Part shown: positions 53,561-64,000 of the stretch, piece by piece
How the letters are laid out: every line of letters begins with the position of its first letter
Position numbering within the stretch: the stretch's first letter is position 1
From: Gekko japonicus
Lineage: Eukaryota
NCBI RefSeq assembly: GCF_001447785.1
Contig: NW_015168653.1
Span: 1-64,000, forward strand
Reading direction: 5' to 3'
Length of the DNA: 64,000 nucleotides
Made by a program: the position numbers and the translations under genes
Notes under the pieces: generated by a model
Databases searched by the model: none
What the model saw: only the letters and a program-made list of their open reading frames with translations
What the model was told of the DNA's origin: nothing

Positions 53561-54350
53561 GTCCTTTGTGTCTGTTGTCCACTTAATTGCCTGTTATTCT
53601 TCAGAAATAGAACTCACAATACAAATGGGCAACATCACAGGGAGGCCTTGGCCTATGAGTCCTTTTTGTTGGCCCCCAAAAGCAATTGCCCATTCTATGA
53701 AACAGGATGCTGGACCACTGGTCTGATCTAGCAGGGTGGTTGTTATGTTTCTGTGTTTTTATGACTGTGCACACACAAAACTGAGCTTTGAAAGGTCACC
53801 CCCCCTCCCCATCTAGCTGGATCCTCAACTGATTCTTTCTCCCAATCCAAACTTGTAAAGGAATTCGTTATGAGAGCTTTCAAAATGGGAAGTGTGCATG
53901 TGAGCTCTGAATACAACCCATTTGGGGAGTTGAAGCAGCTTAAAAGACAGCTTGGAGGTTGTGTTGAGCCAATTTCTGAAACAACTCTACACAAACACAC
54001 AAAAATATCTTTGTATTACAGCAAACTATTTTGAATGCTGTGCTTATTTTATTTGCTAATGTGACACCAAGTTTGTGTTATATTTTAGTAACCATAGACT
54101 GAAAAATGTTTATAACTATCTAGATATCACCTGTTTGACTAGCAGGCCATGGGGGGGGAATGTCCTGATGCTCAGAGGTTGACAATGTTGGGGGAAATCA
54201 GCAGGCAACATAAAATGAACGAAGATGAGGACAGCTCTCATTAAAGAAAAAATATATGAGCTGCTCATTCCTCCAAAAGAATGCTTAAGAAGCATGTAAT
54301 TATTGTTTGGGACCTTTTTCATGTGCACAGTCATGGCAGATGTCATAGAT

Positions 54351-54761
54351 CAGGGGTGTCGAACTCATTTGTCATGAGGAATGAATCTGGCATAAATGAG
54401 ACTTTGTTGGGCTGGGCCATGTGTGTCATAAAATGTAATGCCAGGTATAAAGGACACAAACACAAAGGGGTTGGGGTTTTTTTTACTTAAAACCATGCTT
54501 AAAATATTAGCACTCTTGCAATATTTTGTTTAATTAACAGTGCCTGATAACTGATACCTCTTGCTACGAATTATTGCATCAAAATGTCTGTGCTGTTGCA
54601 ATCTTGAGCATGCTGTTCAGGTGTGTATCTGTAAGCTGCAAACCTACGATGATGCAGCGGAAGCAGCAGAAGAAGCAAAAGACAGCCAGTTCCACTGTGG
54701 GCCTGATAGAAGCCCTCCAGGGGCCAGATCCGGCCCCCAGGTTGCAAGTTTGACACCCCTG
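54351..54761. mobile_element. Non-autonomous hAT (Charlie-like) element, 411 bp; short relative of 13506-14738
   Basis: TIRs CAGGGGTGTCGAAC / GTTTGACACCCCTG; exact TSD TCATAGAT. Confidence 0.92.
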
Positions 54762-54973
54762 TCATAGATAGTCTCCCCAGTGTGTAGTTCAGACTCAAAA
54801 AGTATTCACAGGGCTTCCCAATATGAATTAGGTGTTCAGTTTTGTAGGAGAGGGGAGGGGAGGGTTAACATTTCACCCTGCATTCTTCCTTGATTGGAAC
54901 TGGTGTGCAGGCTGGTATTAATCCCATAAGGTAAAAAAGACAAAACACATGCACTGTTTTGTCTTTTATCTCT

Positions 54974-55016
54974 NNNNNNNNNNNNNNNNNNNNNNNNNNN
55001 NNNNNNNNNNNNNNNN
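54974..55016. other. Assembly gap (43 N)
   Basis: Run of N. Confidence 1.
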
Positions 55017-55430
55017 ACTCAAACATTATGAGGGGGAGACTTCCCCCTTCACCACTGGCTTTACTCTGATCAAAACTAGCCTTTCCCCAAGTGGATCCTC
55101 CATATTATAGTTTGGTCTTTTAGTCAGTGTTATCTGTAAGGGAGATGAAGAATCATGCATTTGGTTTTAAAAAAGAGATTTTAGATCTTCTTGAATCAGA
55201 ATTTACTTTTGGATGAAAAAACGGGCTTGACATGACTGAATTTCACTGCAGTTTGTCACTCCAGAAGAGGATAAAATATAAACTCCTGAATTAGACTCTA
55301 GGTTTTATTCGGTGCCATGTGTGGTATGACAGTAAAAGTTAGTCTGGCAGAATCCATTTCAAAGCCCACCCTTCACTTTCAGTTGAGCAGAAAAGATCTT
55401 GGAAAGTTCTGAGACGTTGCTAGAAAGATG

Positions 55431-55648
55431 GTTTCAGAAGGCGGCCATGTTGGTTTGCGGCAGAAGAGCTGGACTGGAGTCCAGGAGCACCTTAGAGACC
55501 AACAAGATTTTCAGGGTAGAAGCTTTTGCAAGTCAAAGCTCCCTCCATCAGAGGTCTGACAAAGGGTCATGACTCTCAAAGGTCATACCCCCCCCCAAAA
55601 AAAACTTTTTGTCTCTAAGGTGCTACTAGACTCAAATATAGCTCTGCT
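55431..55648. mobile_element. Penelope-like remnant (inverted pseudo-LTRs) with decayed hammerhead motifs
   Basis: gagtccaggagcaccttagagaccaacaag is inverted against tgtctctaaggtgctactagactc. Confidence 0.65.
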
Positions 55649-56598
55649 AGAAAGAGGAAAGCTCTTAAAGATGACATTCAAAACTTAACTGGGATTCTGG
55701 GAGAATGAATACAAATCTATATATCTATTTCACAAGTGTGGCTCCCATCTGCGGATGGCTAAACCTAGGGATCAGGGCCGTACTTGCCCCAAACAGATTT
55801 TTCTGTAAACTTGGGGGACCCCCTAGGTTAGCACAAAAATCTGAAACATTAAAAAAAAAATGGGGGGGTCAAATCCCCAAAATTAAATAAAGCATCTGCT
55901 CATGCACAGACAACACACTTACTGTAAAGCAGCTGGAGAAGGGCCCAGCATACCGTGGTGGTGGCTGTGGCAGCAACAGAGCATGAAAGCTGCTGATGGG
56001 CCCAGCCATCGCGGTGGAATCCGGGAATTGCCAGACAGATGGCCATGGCCACAGTGGAGCTCGGGAGTTGCTCCAAGCCTGGGAGCCGCTCTGGGCCCAG
56101 CCATGGAGATGGTGGCGTCTGGGAGCTACTGGCAGGCCTGGCCGTGGCTACAGTGGAGCCCGGAGCCACTCCAAGCCCAACTGCAGTGGAGCCCTGTAGC
56201 CACTCCAAGCCACAGCAGCAGCAAAGCCCAGCAGCCTCTCCAGGCTCAGAGCACCTCCCAGACATCACTGCTGGGCTCCAAGGGAGTCATGCTGAACAGT
56301 GATGGGAGGGAGTGGGATTTTCTCCTGGCAAGTTTTGCAGGCCTCCTGCTTGCAACATGATATATTGGGAAAAGCATCAGAATAACTCCCCACAAAATAA
56401 TCAGAATTGATTGGAAGCGGAAGTCTTTAAAGAGTATAACAGATACTTGAACTTTAGTTTCACTACATTCATAGAGAAACCCAAGGGTCATCATCATCTT
56501 GGCCAACAGAGTTGTCACACCACAAATACTGATTGTATGTTACTCACTGGTTTCACTATAACATATCTAATTGTGCATTTGATTGTCTTCTCTTTTAG

Positions 56599-56838
<240 letters not shown>

Positions 56839-57183
56839 TAACTCCGTGCTTCCCTTGTTATACCAGTGTGAGTGAGAGAAACTTGCCAGGAAGAATCAGC
56901 TGGCGAGAGAGAGCTCTTAACCGTTCTCCTTGAACAGTTCTCCCCTGCAAAGCTGACCACAAGGCTATTTTAAATTAATTTTGGTACCTGACAGGCTCCA
57001 AAACGGCAGATAACTCCAGCTAAAGGTAAAGCTGCTGAGGGGGAGGGGGGAATTGTAGGAGAGAATCAACCATCATGGCTCATAATTATCCCTCCATTTG
57101 GTGGTCTTCCTCTGCAAATTTCTCTCTAAACATCTCCATTCCCATTAGTTAGTTTGGTGTAGTGTAGTAGTTAAGAGCAGCGA

Positions 57184-57238
57184 ATTATTATTGTTGTTGT
57201 TGTTGTTGTTGTTGTTATTGTTGTTATTATTATTGTTG

Positions 57239-57269
<31 letters not shown>
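57184..57269. repeat. Compound (TTG)n/(TTA)n microsatellite, probably the tail of an L2-like element (to about 57495)
   Basis: Seen directly; the downstream sequence resembles the L2 3' UTR at 51950-52040. Confidence 0.9.
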
Positions 57270-58199
57270 GTCTAAAACCATAAAACAATACAGTACAACA
57301 ACAAAGTGTCAGTGCAAGATGGGGTAGTTCTTCCTCAAATGGTATTGGTCCCACAACTTGTCAGCACCCTCTCCTTCCAGGGTCACCTCGCACCCAGATG
57401 GAACCACATATTAGTGGTAGTGGTGCGATGCTGCAAACATATCGGTGGTGGAATTGAAGTGGCGGCGGCTCCTACTCATAAGCCTGGCAGAAGCCAATTT
57501 GCCAATTTGAAAAATCTAGTTCTACTGTGACTTGCCTGTCTTTGCTCATTGGCCTTGACTGCTGATTTCCTGTTTGGGGGAGTGGTAAAAAGGGTAGTTC
57601 TGTCCCCCAATACATACAAATTTGCAGAAAGAACAAGGTTGTACATTCTTGCCTGTCCTCTAAAGTCCAGAGATGGTATGGCAGAGCTATATCTTCTGTC
57701 TTTTACCCAGGTAAAAGCAGTAAAAGCAGCACTATATAACTCATTTCCAACCAAAATCCATTTTGACTACCAAAAATCCAATTTGACCACTTCTCTGTCT
57801 GTGTTGTGGCAGTAAGTGTAAATCTTTTGGTTTATCAGACCTTTTCCTAATACTTGAGCTAAGGACTTTTGTGGACACCCAACTTTATAAATGGGAGATA
57901 CTCAGTCTGGGGCTCAGGAGACATATATGGCTTATTGACATGCCACCTGTGGCTGTTCTGAGCACCTTTGCCCAGTGTGGCACCTGCTGAATGTTTCAGG
58001 AACATGGGCAAATTCCTTGCCTGGTGAGACTTGTGGTTGGCAAGTGGTTGCTACCTTGAAACACCCACCACCAGAGGAACAGGTAAGGAACAAGACTCTC
58101 TGAGCTGACTCTGTGTAAACTTGGCTCTTTGGGTTGATGTTAATTATGACTATGGCTCTCCATGAGCTGTGGAGTGAGTACCATTGTTATGACAAACTA

Positions 58200-58483
58200 A
58201 GAAGAAGAAGAAGAAGAGATTGGATTTATACCCCGCCCTTCACTTGGAGACTCAGAGCGGCTTACAAACTCCTTTCCCTTCCTCTCCCCACAACAGACAC
58301 CCTGTGAGGTGGGTGGGGCTGAGAGAACTCTGACACCAACTGCTCTTTTTCAAGGACAGCTGTGCCAGAGCTTGTGACTGACCCCAGGTCACATCAGCAG
58401 GTGCAAGTGGAGGAGTGGGGAATCAAACCCGGTTCTCCCAGATTAGAGTCCGCGCACTTAACCACTACACCAAACTGGCTCTC
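58200..58483 (-). mobile_element. Squam3-like SINE, full length, (CTT)n tail
   Basis: Reverse complement of the GAGAGCCAGTTTGGTGTAGTGG head at 58483; (GAA)n at 58200. Confidence 0.88.
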
Positions 58484-59149
58484 CATACTAAGTCAGTGGA
58501 GCTCCATACATCCCTTAGGTTCTAGATGTAGGAGCCTAATAAGGGGGGGGGGAATTTGCACATGAAGGTTTCCTTCTGTCTATGGGTTGTTTTTACTGGA
58601 GCAGGGAAACTCTTAATTCTCTGATGTAGATCTAGACTTTGGTTCTGTGGCATATGGTAGCACAGTGTTAGTTGCAGCATAACAATGAGGTTTTAAAGAA
58701 GGCCGTACTTCTTCTCATAAGCTAATATTATAGTTGTTAACCACCAAGAGCATTTCTCCTGGTCAGGGATCACAGTGAAGCAGGAACTTACACTTATCAT
58801 GTAGAGACACTCTGCAGTTGATTTCATCCTTCCCCTAGCTGTAATTAAACTGAAGGCTGACGCATTAAAAAGCTTCAGGACACCAACCGCTAATTAGAAT
58901 GTATTACAATGCTTTCCTGTTGTATGATGCCCAAATGAGCACATGAGAAATGTCATTATGCTACAGCATGCCCACTAACAGAACAAACTAACAGTTAATA
59001 CGGTGTATGAATAAAGGTTTTATTTAAGGTGTCTTTCTTCTCTTTGTTGGGTTTCGATCACTGTGTGATTTGTTCCTTGTTGGACAATAAATAGACATCT
59101 TTCCAGGGGATGCTAAACATGAAAAGTTTTTTTTCTTTTTTCTTTTTGT

Positions 59150-60600
59150 CACGGAATCAGGGCCTGGACTTAGTTCCAGTCCTCTGTTAAACCTATGATA
59201 CTTTAGTTTTTATAGTAAATAGCCTCTATATTTGAATCTTTGGCTTGGTTTCCCAGTAGGTTTCAGAACTCTATTGGTGCTGTGGCCTTCTGGTACAGGA
59301 TAACTCCTTACATGATTTTTGCCTTAGAGAACGCTTATACATTCCAGACGTTAGTGGTGTCAGTATCCGAATCAAAATGGATATCTGAATCTTTGATTCT
59401 CCTTAAATTTCTGTGAGCTTCCCAACCCCAGAGATAGAAAGATGAGGATAAATTTGGGTCAGTACCTCAGGGCCAGTTCCAGTTGGGCCTGTCTCATATC
59501 CATGGTAGTCCTACGTGATAGGTACATCAGTCGGTACATTAGCAGCTATAGGTCCAAGAAAGATGTATCTCTCTGGTTTACTAAAGGTCGGGGCTGGCCA
59601 TCAACAGCTCCATGTGAGACCTTGGTGGCTAGTTCGGAACGTTCTGAGTTTTATGCAAGTACACTGTTTTAAGTATTGGGTTGAAATATTCTGTGTTGAA
59701 TATTGAAATGCTACCAAGTGTTTTCTGTCTTAAGAGTGTATAATGGAATAAATTGAGCTTTGTTTAGGAACCATTGTCTCTCTATATACTGGATTCAGTC
59801 CCTTGTCAGTCTCCACTCAACCAATGAGAGAACTTGGGGAAATGGGGGGGGGGGGAGAGGGTGTTACCAGGAAAAGTCCTGGGTCCCAACGTTTTCTTTT
59901 CTTTTGCATCCACCTAACTGGAATGGCAGTTTTTAAGGGTTCCCTTAGTGCTTCAGGAGTTGTGGCTGCTATATCCAAAATTTCTCTACAAATGACAGAG
60001 CTGCCATACTTTCACGGGTCCCTTGCTGCTTCCTGGACCTTTCTTCTTGGCATATTCTGCATCCCAGGAGGCAAGGTCTCTGATCAGATAAGATGTAGAT
60101 TGGGGACTATAGTGAGAGAGTCTAGCATAGATTGGTTTAGCTGTTTTAAAGGTTATATTGGGATAAGGTTTCATTTTAACCCTTTAATTTGATCCCAATG
60201 TCATTGTGAGTGTCATAAATGTGAATTTGGAGTCTGTTATGGAGTGGATGAGGGCTAGTAACATGAAACACAGTGCTATTAGTTGAGGACCCCTTCATCT
60301 TTCCATATTTTCATGGTGTTTAGCCTGTATTAAGTTCAAAGCTTGGGGGGGCCTCTAGAGCCAGCTCTGATGATGGATTCAGAAATGACATCCATTTTCA
60401 CTTGGTGTTCCAGCTGAGTCCGTTTGGAAAGAGATTGATCTTTCGACAGATGTTCATACTGTGATAGTGTAACATCTCCCTTTGATTACCGCAATGTGTT
60501 CTAGTAGGAACTGTCACTGAAAACTATTCAGAAACTTCATATGGTTCAGAATTTGGCAGCCAGATGGGGGACTTGCTATGGGGGGGTCATCTCTCTTCGA
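59150..60600 (-). mobile_element. Possible highly degraded L1 ORF2 remnant
   Basis: Only scattered motif-like translations (VPNL, SGMYK); weak. Confidence 0.3.
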
Positions 60601-61086
60601 TGCTTTTAACTCTTCAGGGTTCCAGTCTGTTATGGGGATCATTTCAAAGCCCTGCTTCTAACCTATAACGTTCTGAATGGTATAGGATCAAGTAGTAGAT
60701 AAGGCGGCCTTCTTCCATAGGAAACTGCCAGACAGGTGAGATAATCTGCTTGAGGCCCTTCTCAAGGATCTGTATCTTCTGCAGTGAGGCAGATAGCTAC
60801 AAGTGAGAGGAATTTTGATCTGGAATTCCCTCACAAATACAGCTTTGCCTGATTCCTCCATTACTGTCTTTTAGATGCCCTTTAATAGCAGCTAGTTTTT
60901 ACTGCTTACATATGTTTTAAGCTGCCATTTTATGTCTACATCATTGTTAATCTTGTTTTATTATTAAGAGGTACTAACAAGTTTGTTTTAGTGTATTGGT
61001 AAGGCTTTTTCAAGTAGAAAGGTAGAATAAAAGAAATAAATCACAATAAATTTCACAACTTTTATTTTAGCACGATAGAGGCACTC

Positions 61087-61289
61087 TGACCTGGATAGCC
61101 TAGGCTAGCTCAGTCCCGTCAGATCTCAGAAGCTAAGTGGGGTTGGCCCTGGCTAGTGTTTGGATGGGAGACCAGGATCATAACACAGAGTCAGACAATG
61201 GCAAACCACCTCTGAATGCCTCTCGCCTTGGAAACCCTGCAGATTCACCATAGGTTGGCTGTGATCTGAGAGCACTTTCCACCACCATC
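61087..61289 (+). mobile_element. 5S rRNA-derived SINE
   Basis: gtcagatctcagaagctaagtggggttggccctggctagtgtttggatgggagacc plus a BovB-like tail. Confidence 0.82.
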
Positions 61290-61685
61290 CAGGGCTCTTT
61301 TTGTAGAAAAAGCCCAGCAGGAACTTATTAGCATAACAGGCCACACCCAACAGCACAAACTCATTAGCATATTAGGCCACACCCATGACAGCACAGCTCA
61401 TTAGCATATTAGGCCACACCCCCATGCTGCCAGAAGTGTGGTCATCCAGCCACACCCAACTTTTGGTTCTTATTCTGTTTACTTTGTTTGTTGTCAAAAC
61501 CCAGGGCTTTTTTTGTAGCAGGAACTCCTTTGCATGTTAGGCCACATACCCCTAATGTAGCCAATCCTAATAAATTTCTGATGTTGGGTGTGGCCTATTA
61601 TGCTAATTAGTTCCTGCTGGGCGTGGCCAGCTCGGGAGCCAGCCGGAACTCCGTTCCTATGCGTTCCTGCCCAAAAATAGCCCTG
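61290..61685. mobile_element. Non-autonomous hAT element with repeated subterminal motifs
   Basis: TIRs CAGGGCTCTTTT / AAAATAGCCCTG; exact TSD CCACCATC; a second internal left end at about 61502. Confidence 0.9.
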
Positions 61686-62270
61686 CCACCATCTATGTGT
61701 TTAGGTGCTTATCATTGGTACCTACTTATAGTGTCCACGACATCCCTAAAGAGGGGAAGCACTTGTCTCTGGTATAGGTGCTTATTTTGAATTGTTTTGA
61801 TGTTTTTAAAAGTTTTAGTTTTGCTTTTTTTTTTAGTTTGGGAAACTATGAGTGCTGCTCATCTATTTTATCACGAGTGTTCATGAGGTGCAGTGATCCC
61901 CCCCAACATAGCACCTGATGGTGGGTTTCCAGATGCCTGTCTGTTTTTTCAACAAAACATATCTTCTCTATCCTGGCTTTCCTTCACTCCACTGGAGCAG
62001 GAAGTGCTTCAGAACAGCCATGGAGGCATAATCTTTGTGTCAGCAGAGAACACTCGTGAAGAAAACATGGCCTTTGTCATAGGAGGTTGCTTGACTTGCA
62101 CCTTCCCAGTATTTTGTGATTGACCTCTGGCACCTCATGGCAGCCATTTTGTGGTGGCACCCATTCCATATCCTCAAAATTCTAAGAATGCCTATAGGCT
62201 GAGTAAGCTTGGGGATCCCCAATCTAGCCCATAGAAAGAAAAAAATGCTGCAAGTCTACCATGTACAAAG

Positions 62271-62427
62271 GAGGGAGGGCAGCATGGTAGCCCAACCTTG
62301 TCAGATCTTGGAAACTAAGCAGGGTTGGTACTGGGATGGGAGACCACCATCTCTGCAGAGCAAGGCAATGGCAAAGTACCTCTGCTTCTCACTTGCCTCC
62401 AAAGCCCCTGGCTGGGGTTGTCATAAT
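62271..62427 (+). mobile_element. 5S rRNA-derived SINE, short-promoter subfamily
   Basis: aactaagcagggttggtactgggatgggagacc plus tail. Confidence 0.8.
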
Positions 62428-62621
62428 TCAGTTTATTTTTATTTATTTATTTATTTCATTGTATTTATATCTCGCCCTTTCCACGAACGGGCTCAGGGCG
62501 GCTTACACAAGGCACAGAGTGCATACAGTATACAAAATAGATAAAAACAGTTAAAAATTCAATTCCATCAGTATGCAAGAATAGAAAACATGTGACAGGA
62601 TGGCAGTTTACACACACACAC

Positions 62622-63147
62622 TGTAGAAAAACAAAGTTTGAGTCCAGTGGGGCACCTTTAAGACCGACAAAGTTTTATTCAAGGTATGAGCTTTCCTGTG
62701 CACACACACTTCTTCAGATACAGTGAAATGGAAGTGACCACTCCACACACAGAGAGATAGAAAGTAAAAGCAGCAAGTTAACATAATGAAGATGTTTAAC
62801 AGATTCAAGGAATAACAAGCATAGCTTATATGGTACCATTTGTTTGGGTTCAACTCTGGGGGAGAAAAACATAGTTAAGACAATAAATATGTCGAATTGG
62901 AGGCGGATGGGCACATACATAATCAATTATTTAATGCTGAGAGTTTTTCATTGAGACCCTGTCATTACGTCTCCTCTCAAGCATGGAGGTGACTTTACAG
63001 CATGTTCTTCTTTGAAGTGGGGTGATTGGGGTGAGGTTTACAGGCACAGGAAAAGTTATGCCTTGAATAAAACTTTGTTGGTCTTGAAGGTGCCACTGGA
63101 GTCAAACATTGTTCTGCTGCTTCCGTCCAACACATCTACCCACTGGA
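62622..63147. mobile_element. Penelope-like element remnant with inverted pseudo-LTRs
   Basis: gcacctttaagaccgacaaagttttattcaagg (about 62650-84) is inverted against ccttgaataaaactttgttggtcttgaaggtgc (63061-93). Confidence 0.75.
62684..62721 (-). ncRNA. Minimal type I hammerhead ribozyme motif (Penelope-associated), with one stem II mismatch
   Basis: Reverse strand: GUAU-CUGAAGA-A-GUGUG-UGUG-CACAG-GAAA-GC-UC-AUAC. Confidence 0.6.
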
Positions 63148-64000
63148 CACAGTACAAAAGTTCTTCCATTTTGAGATCTCCTTTATTTTATTATTTTCTA
63201 TTCATCTCTGGAGAATAACTCTCTTAAGAAAAAGTAATGAATTTCTTTACCTCACACATTGCAAGACTATGCTAGATGTAATGATGTTTACAACTCTTTC
63301 ATTTTTGTACAGTGATCCTGACCACTGTTGAAGAAACAGGGCTAGCTCCCCTGTTGTCTTAAGGAGAGAACAGCTCCCATGGATCCCCCCCCCCAAATAC
63401 GATGCTCATACACAGCCCTAAGAATAGGTAGTGAGAGTGACAACTGGATAAAGGATCAAGCAAAGGTTGCAGAAAATGATAAGTTCCAGTGCTCAGAATG
63501 AGAAGGAAGGGTAGAGCTAGTCAGAAGTGCTAATTGTATGCACTTGGAAACGGTGCCTGTGAAGAGCCAAAGAGAAATGAATAGCTTTCACAGCAGAAGC
63601 TGGAATAGAATTTAAGCTTGGGGAAAAAACTGTGTTAGGAGTGAAGTCTGTTATTAAAATCAGAAAGGGAATGGAGGAAGTTACACAAACAATAAGTTGA
63701 GGTTTAAATGTTCTTTTGTGACAGTACTCTAGATTTGTTTTTGGCATTTTGTGAAAATCTTCATTGTGTGCCTGTCATTCTCAGCTTAAGAGATGGGAGC
63801 TGATCACAGATTAAACGACCAGGTACTGCTAAACTTCTTGATTTTTTTTTAAAAATCAGCTTTTAATTATGATTATACTTAGGGACGCAGTCGGAAATAG
63901 GCCTGAGGTGAATTTTTTGCAAATTTTTCATTGTACAATCTGAAAGACCTTTTTTGAGAAGTACTGTGTTTGCAAAATATGCTGCCAATTTTCTTTTTTT

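Noticed and set aside
55505-55590. Additional hammerhead ribozymes in this Penelope remnant and at 10675-10863
   Set aside because: Catalytic cores are mutated (CUGAUGG...AAAA; CUGACAA...CAAA) or deleted.
55900-56360. Overlapping ORFs in five frames
   Set aside because: GC-rich degenerate tandem repeats (cagtggagc...ccactccaagcc) lack stop codons by composition; no recognisable domain.
57145-57354. Poly-Asn ORF (and poly-CV ORFs at 2073-2397)
   Set aside because: Microsatellite translations.
61325-61421. Regularly spaced 24-bp repeats as a CRISPR array
   Set aside because: Vertebrate intron; the spacers are short and similar to each other; the repeats lie inside a TSD-flanked hAT element; no cas genes.

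Overview
Vertebrate (squamate, most likely gecko) genomic DNA, not microbial. The whole window lies inside the sodium leak channel gene NALCN on the + strand. It holds four GT-AG coding exons (18593-18724, 21093-21260, 38237-38428, 56599-56736) that splice in frame and encode almost all of repeat II (S1-S6, including the QEGW selectivity-filter glutamate). From my recollection of the human gene they correspond to about exons 11-14, aa 379-588. The other ~99% is intron, densely populated by squamate transposable elements: Sauria, Squam2/Squam3-like and 5S-rRNA-derived SINEs; CR1, L2, L1, RTE/BovB and RTE-X-like LINE pieces; Penelope-like remnants; and many non-autonomous hAT elements with exact 8-bp target-site duplications (TSDs). 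Nearly all ORFs in the supplied track are spurious or TE-derived. I found no convincing novel protein-coding system. The best leads are RNA or DNA structural: (1) a TSD-flanked BovB whose reverse-transcriptase (RT) core is replaced by 1.6 kb of older foreign DNA; (2) an HDV-ribozyme-like pseudoknot topology at its 5' end; (3) a minimal Penelope-type hammerhead ribozyme motif; (4) a 5S-SINE subfamily sharing a 10-nt deletion of the internal-promoter intermediate element; (5) MITEs carrying arrays of POU+KLF, CRE+ETS and NRF1-like motifs; (6) a 52-bp templated insertion; (7) inverted repeats able to form long dsRNA in the pre-mRNA. Repeat family names come from sequence recognition, not database searches, and repeat boundaries without TSDs are approximate.
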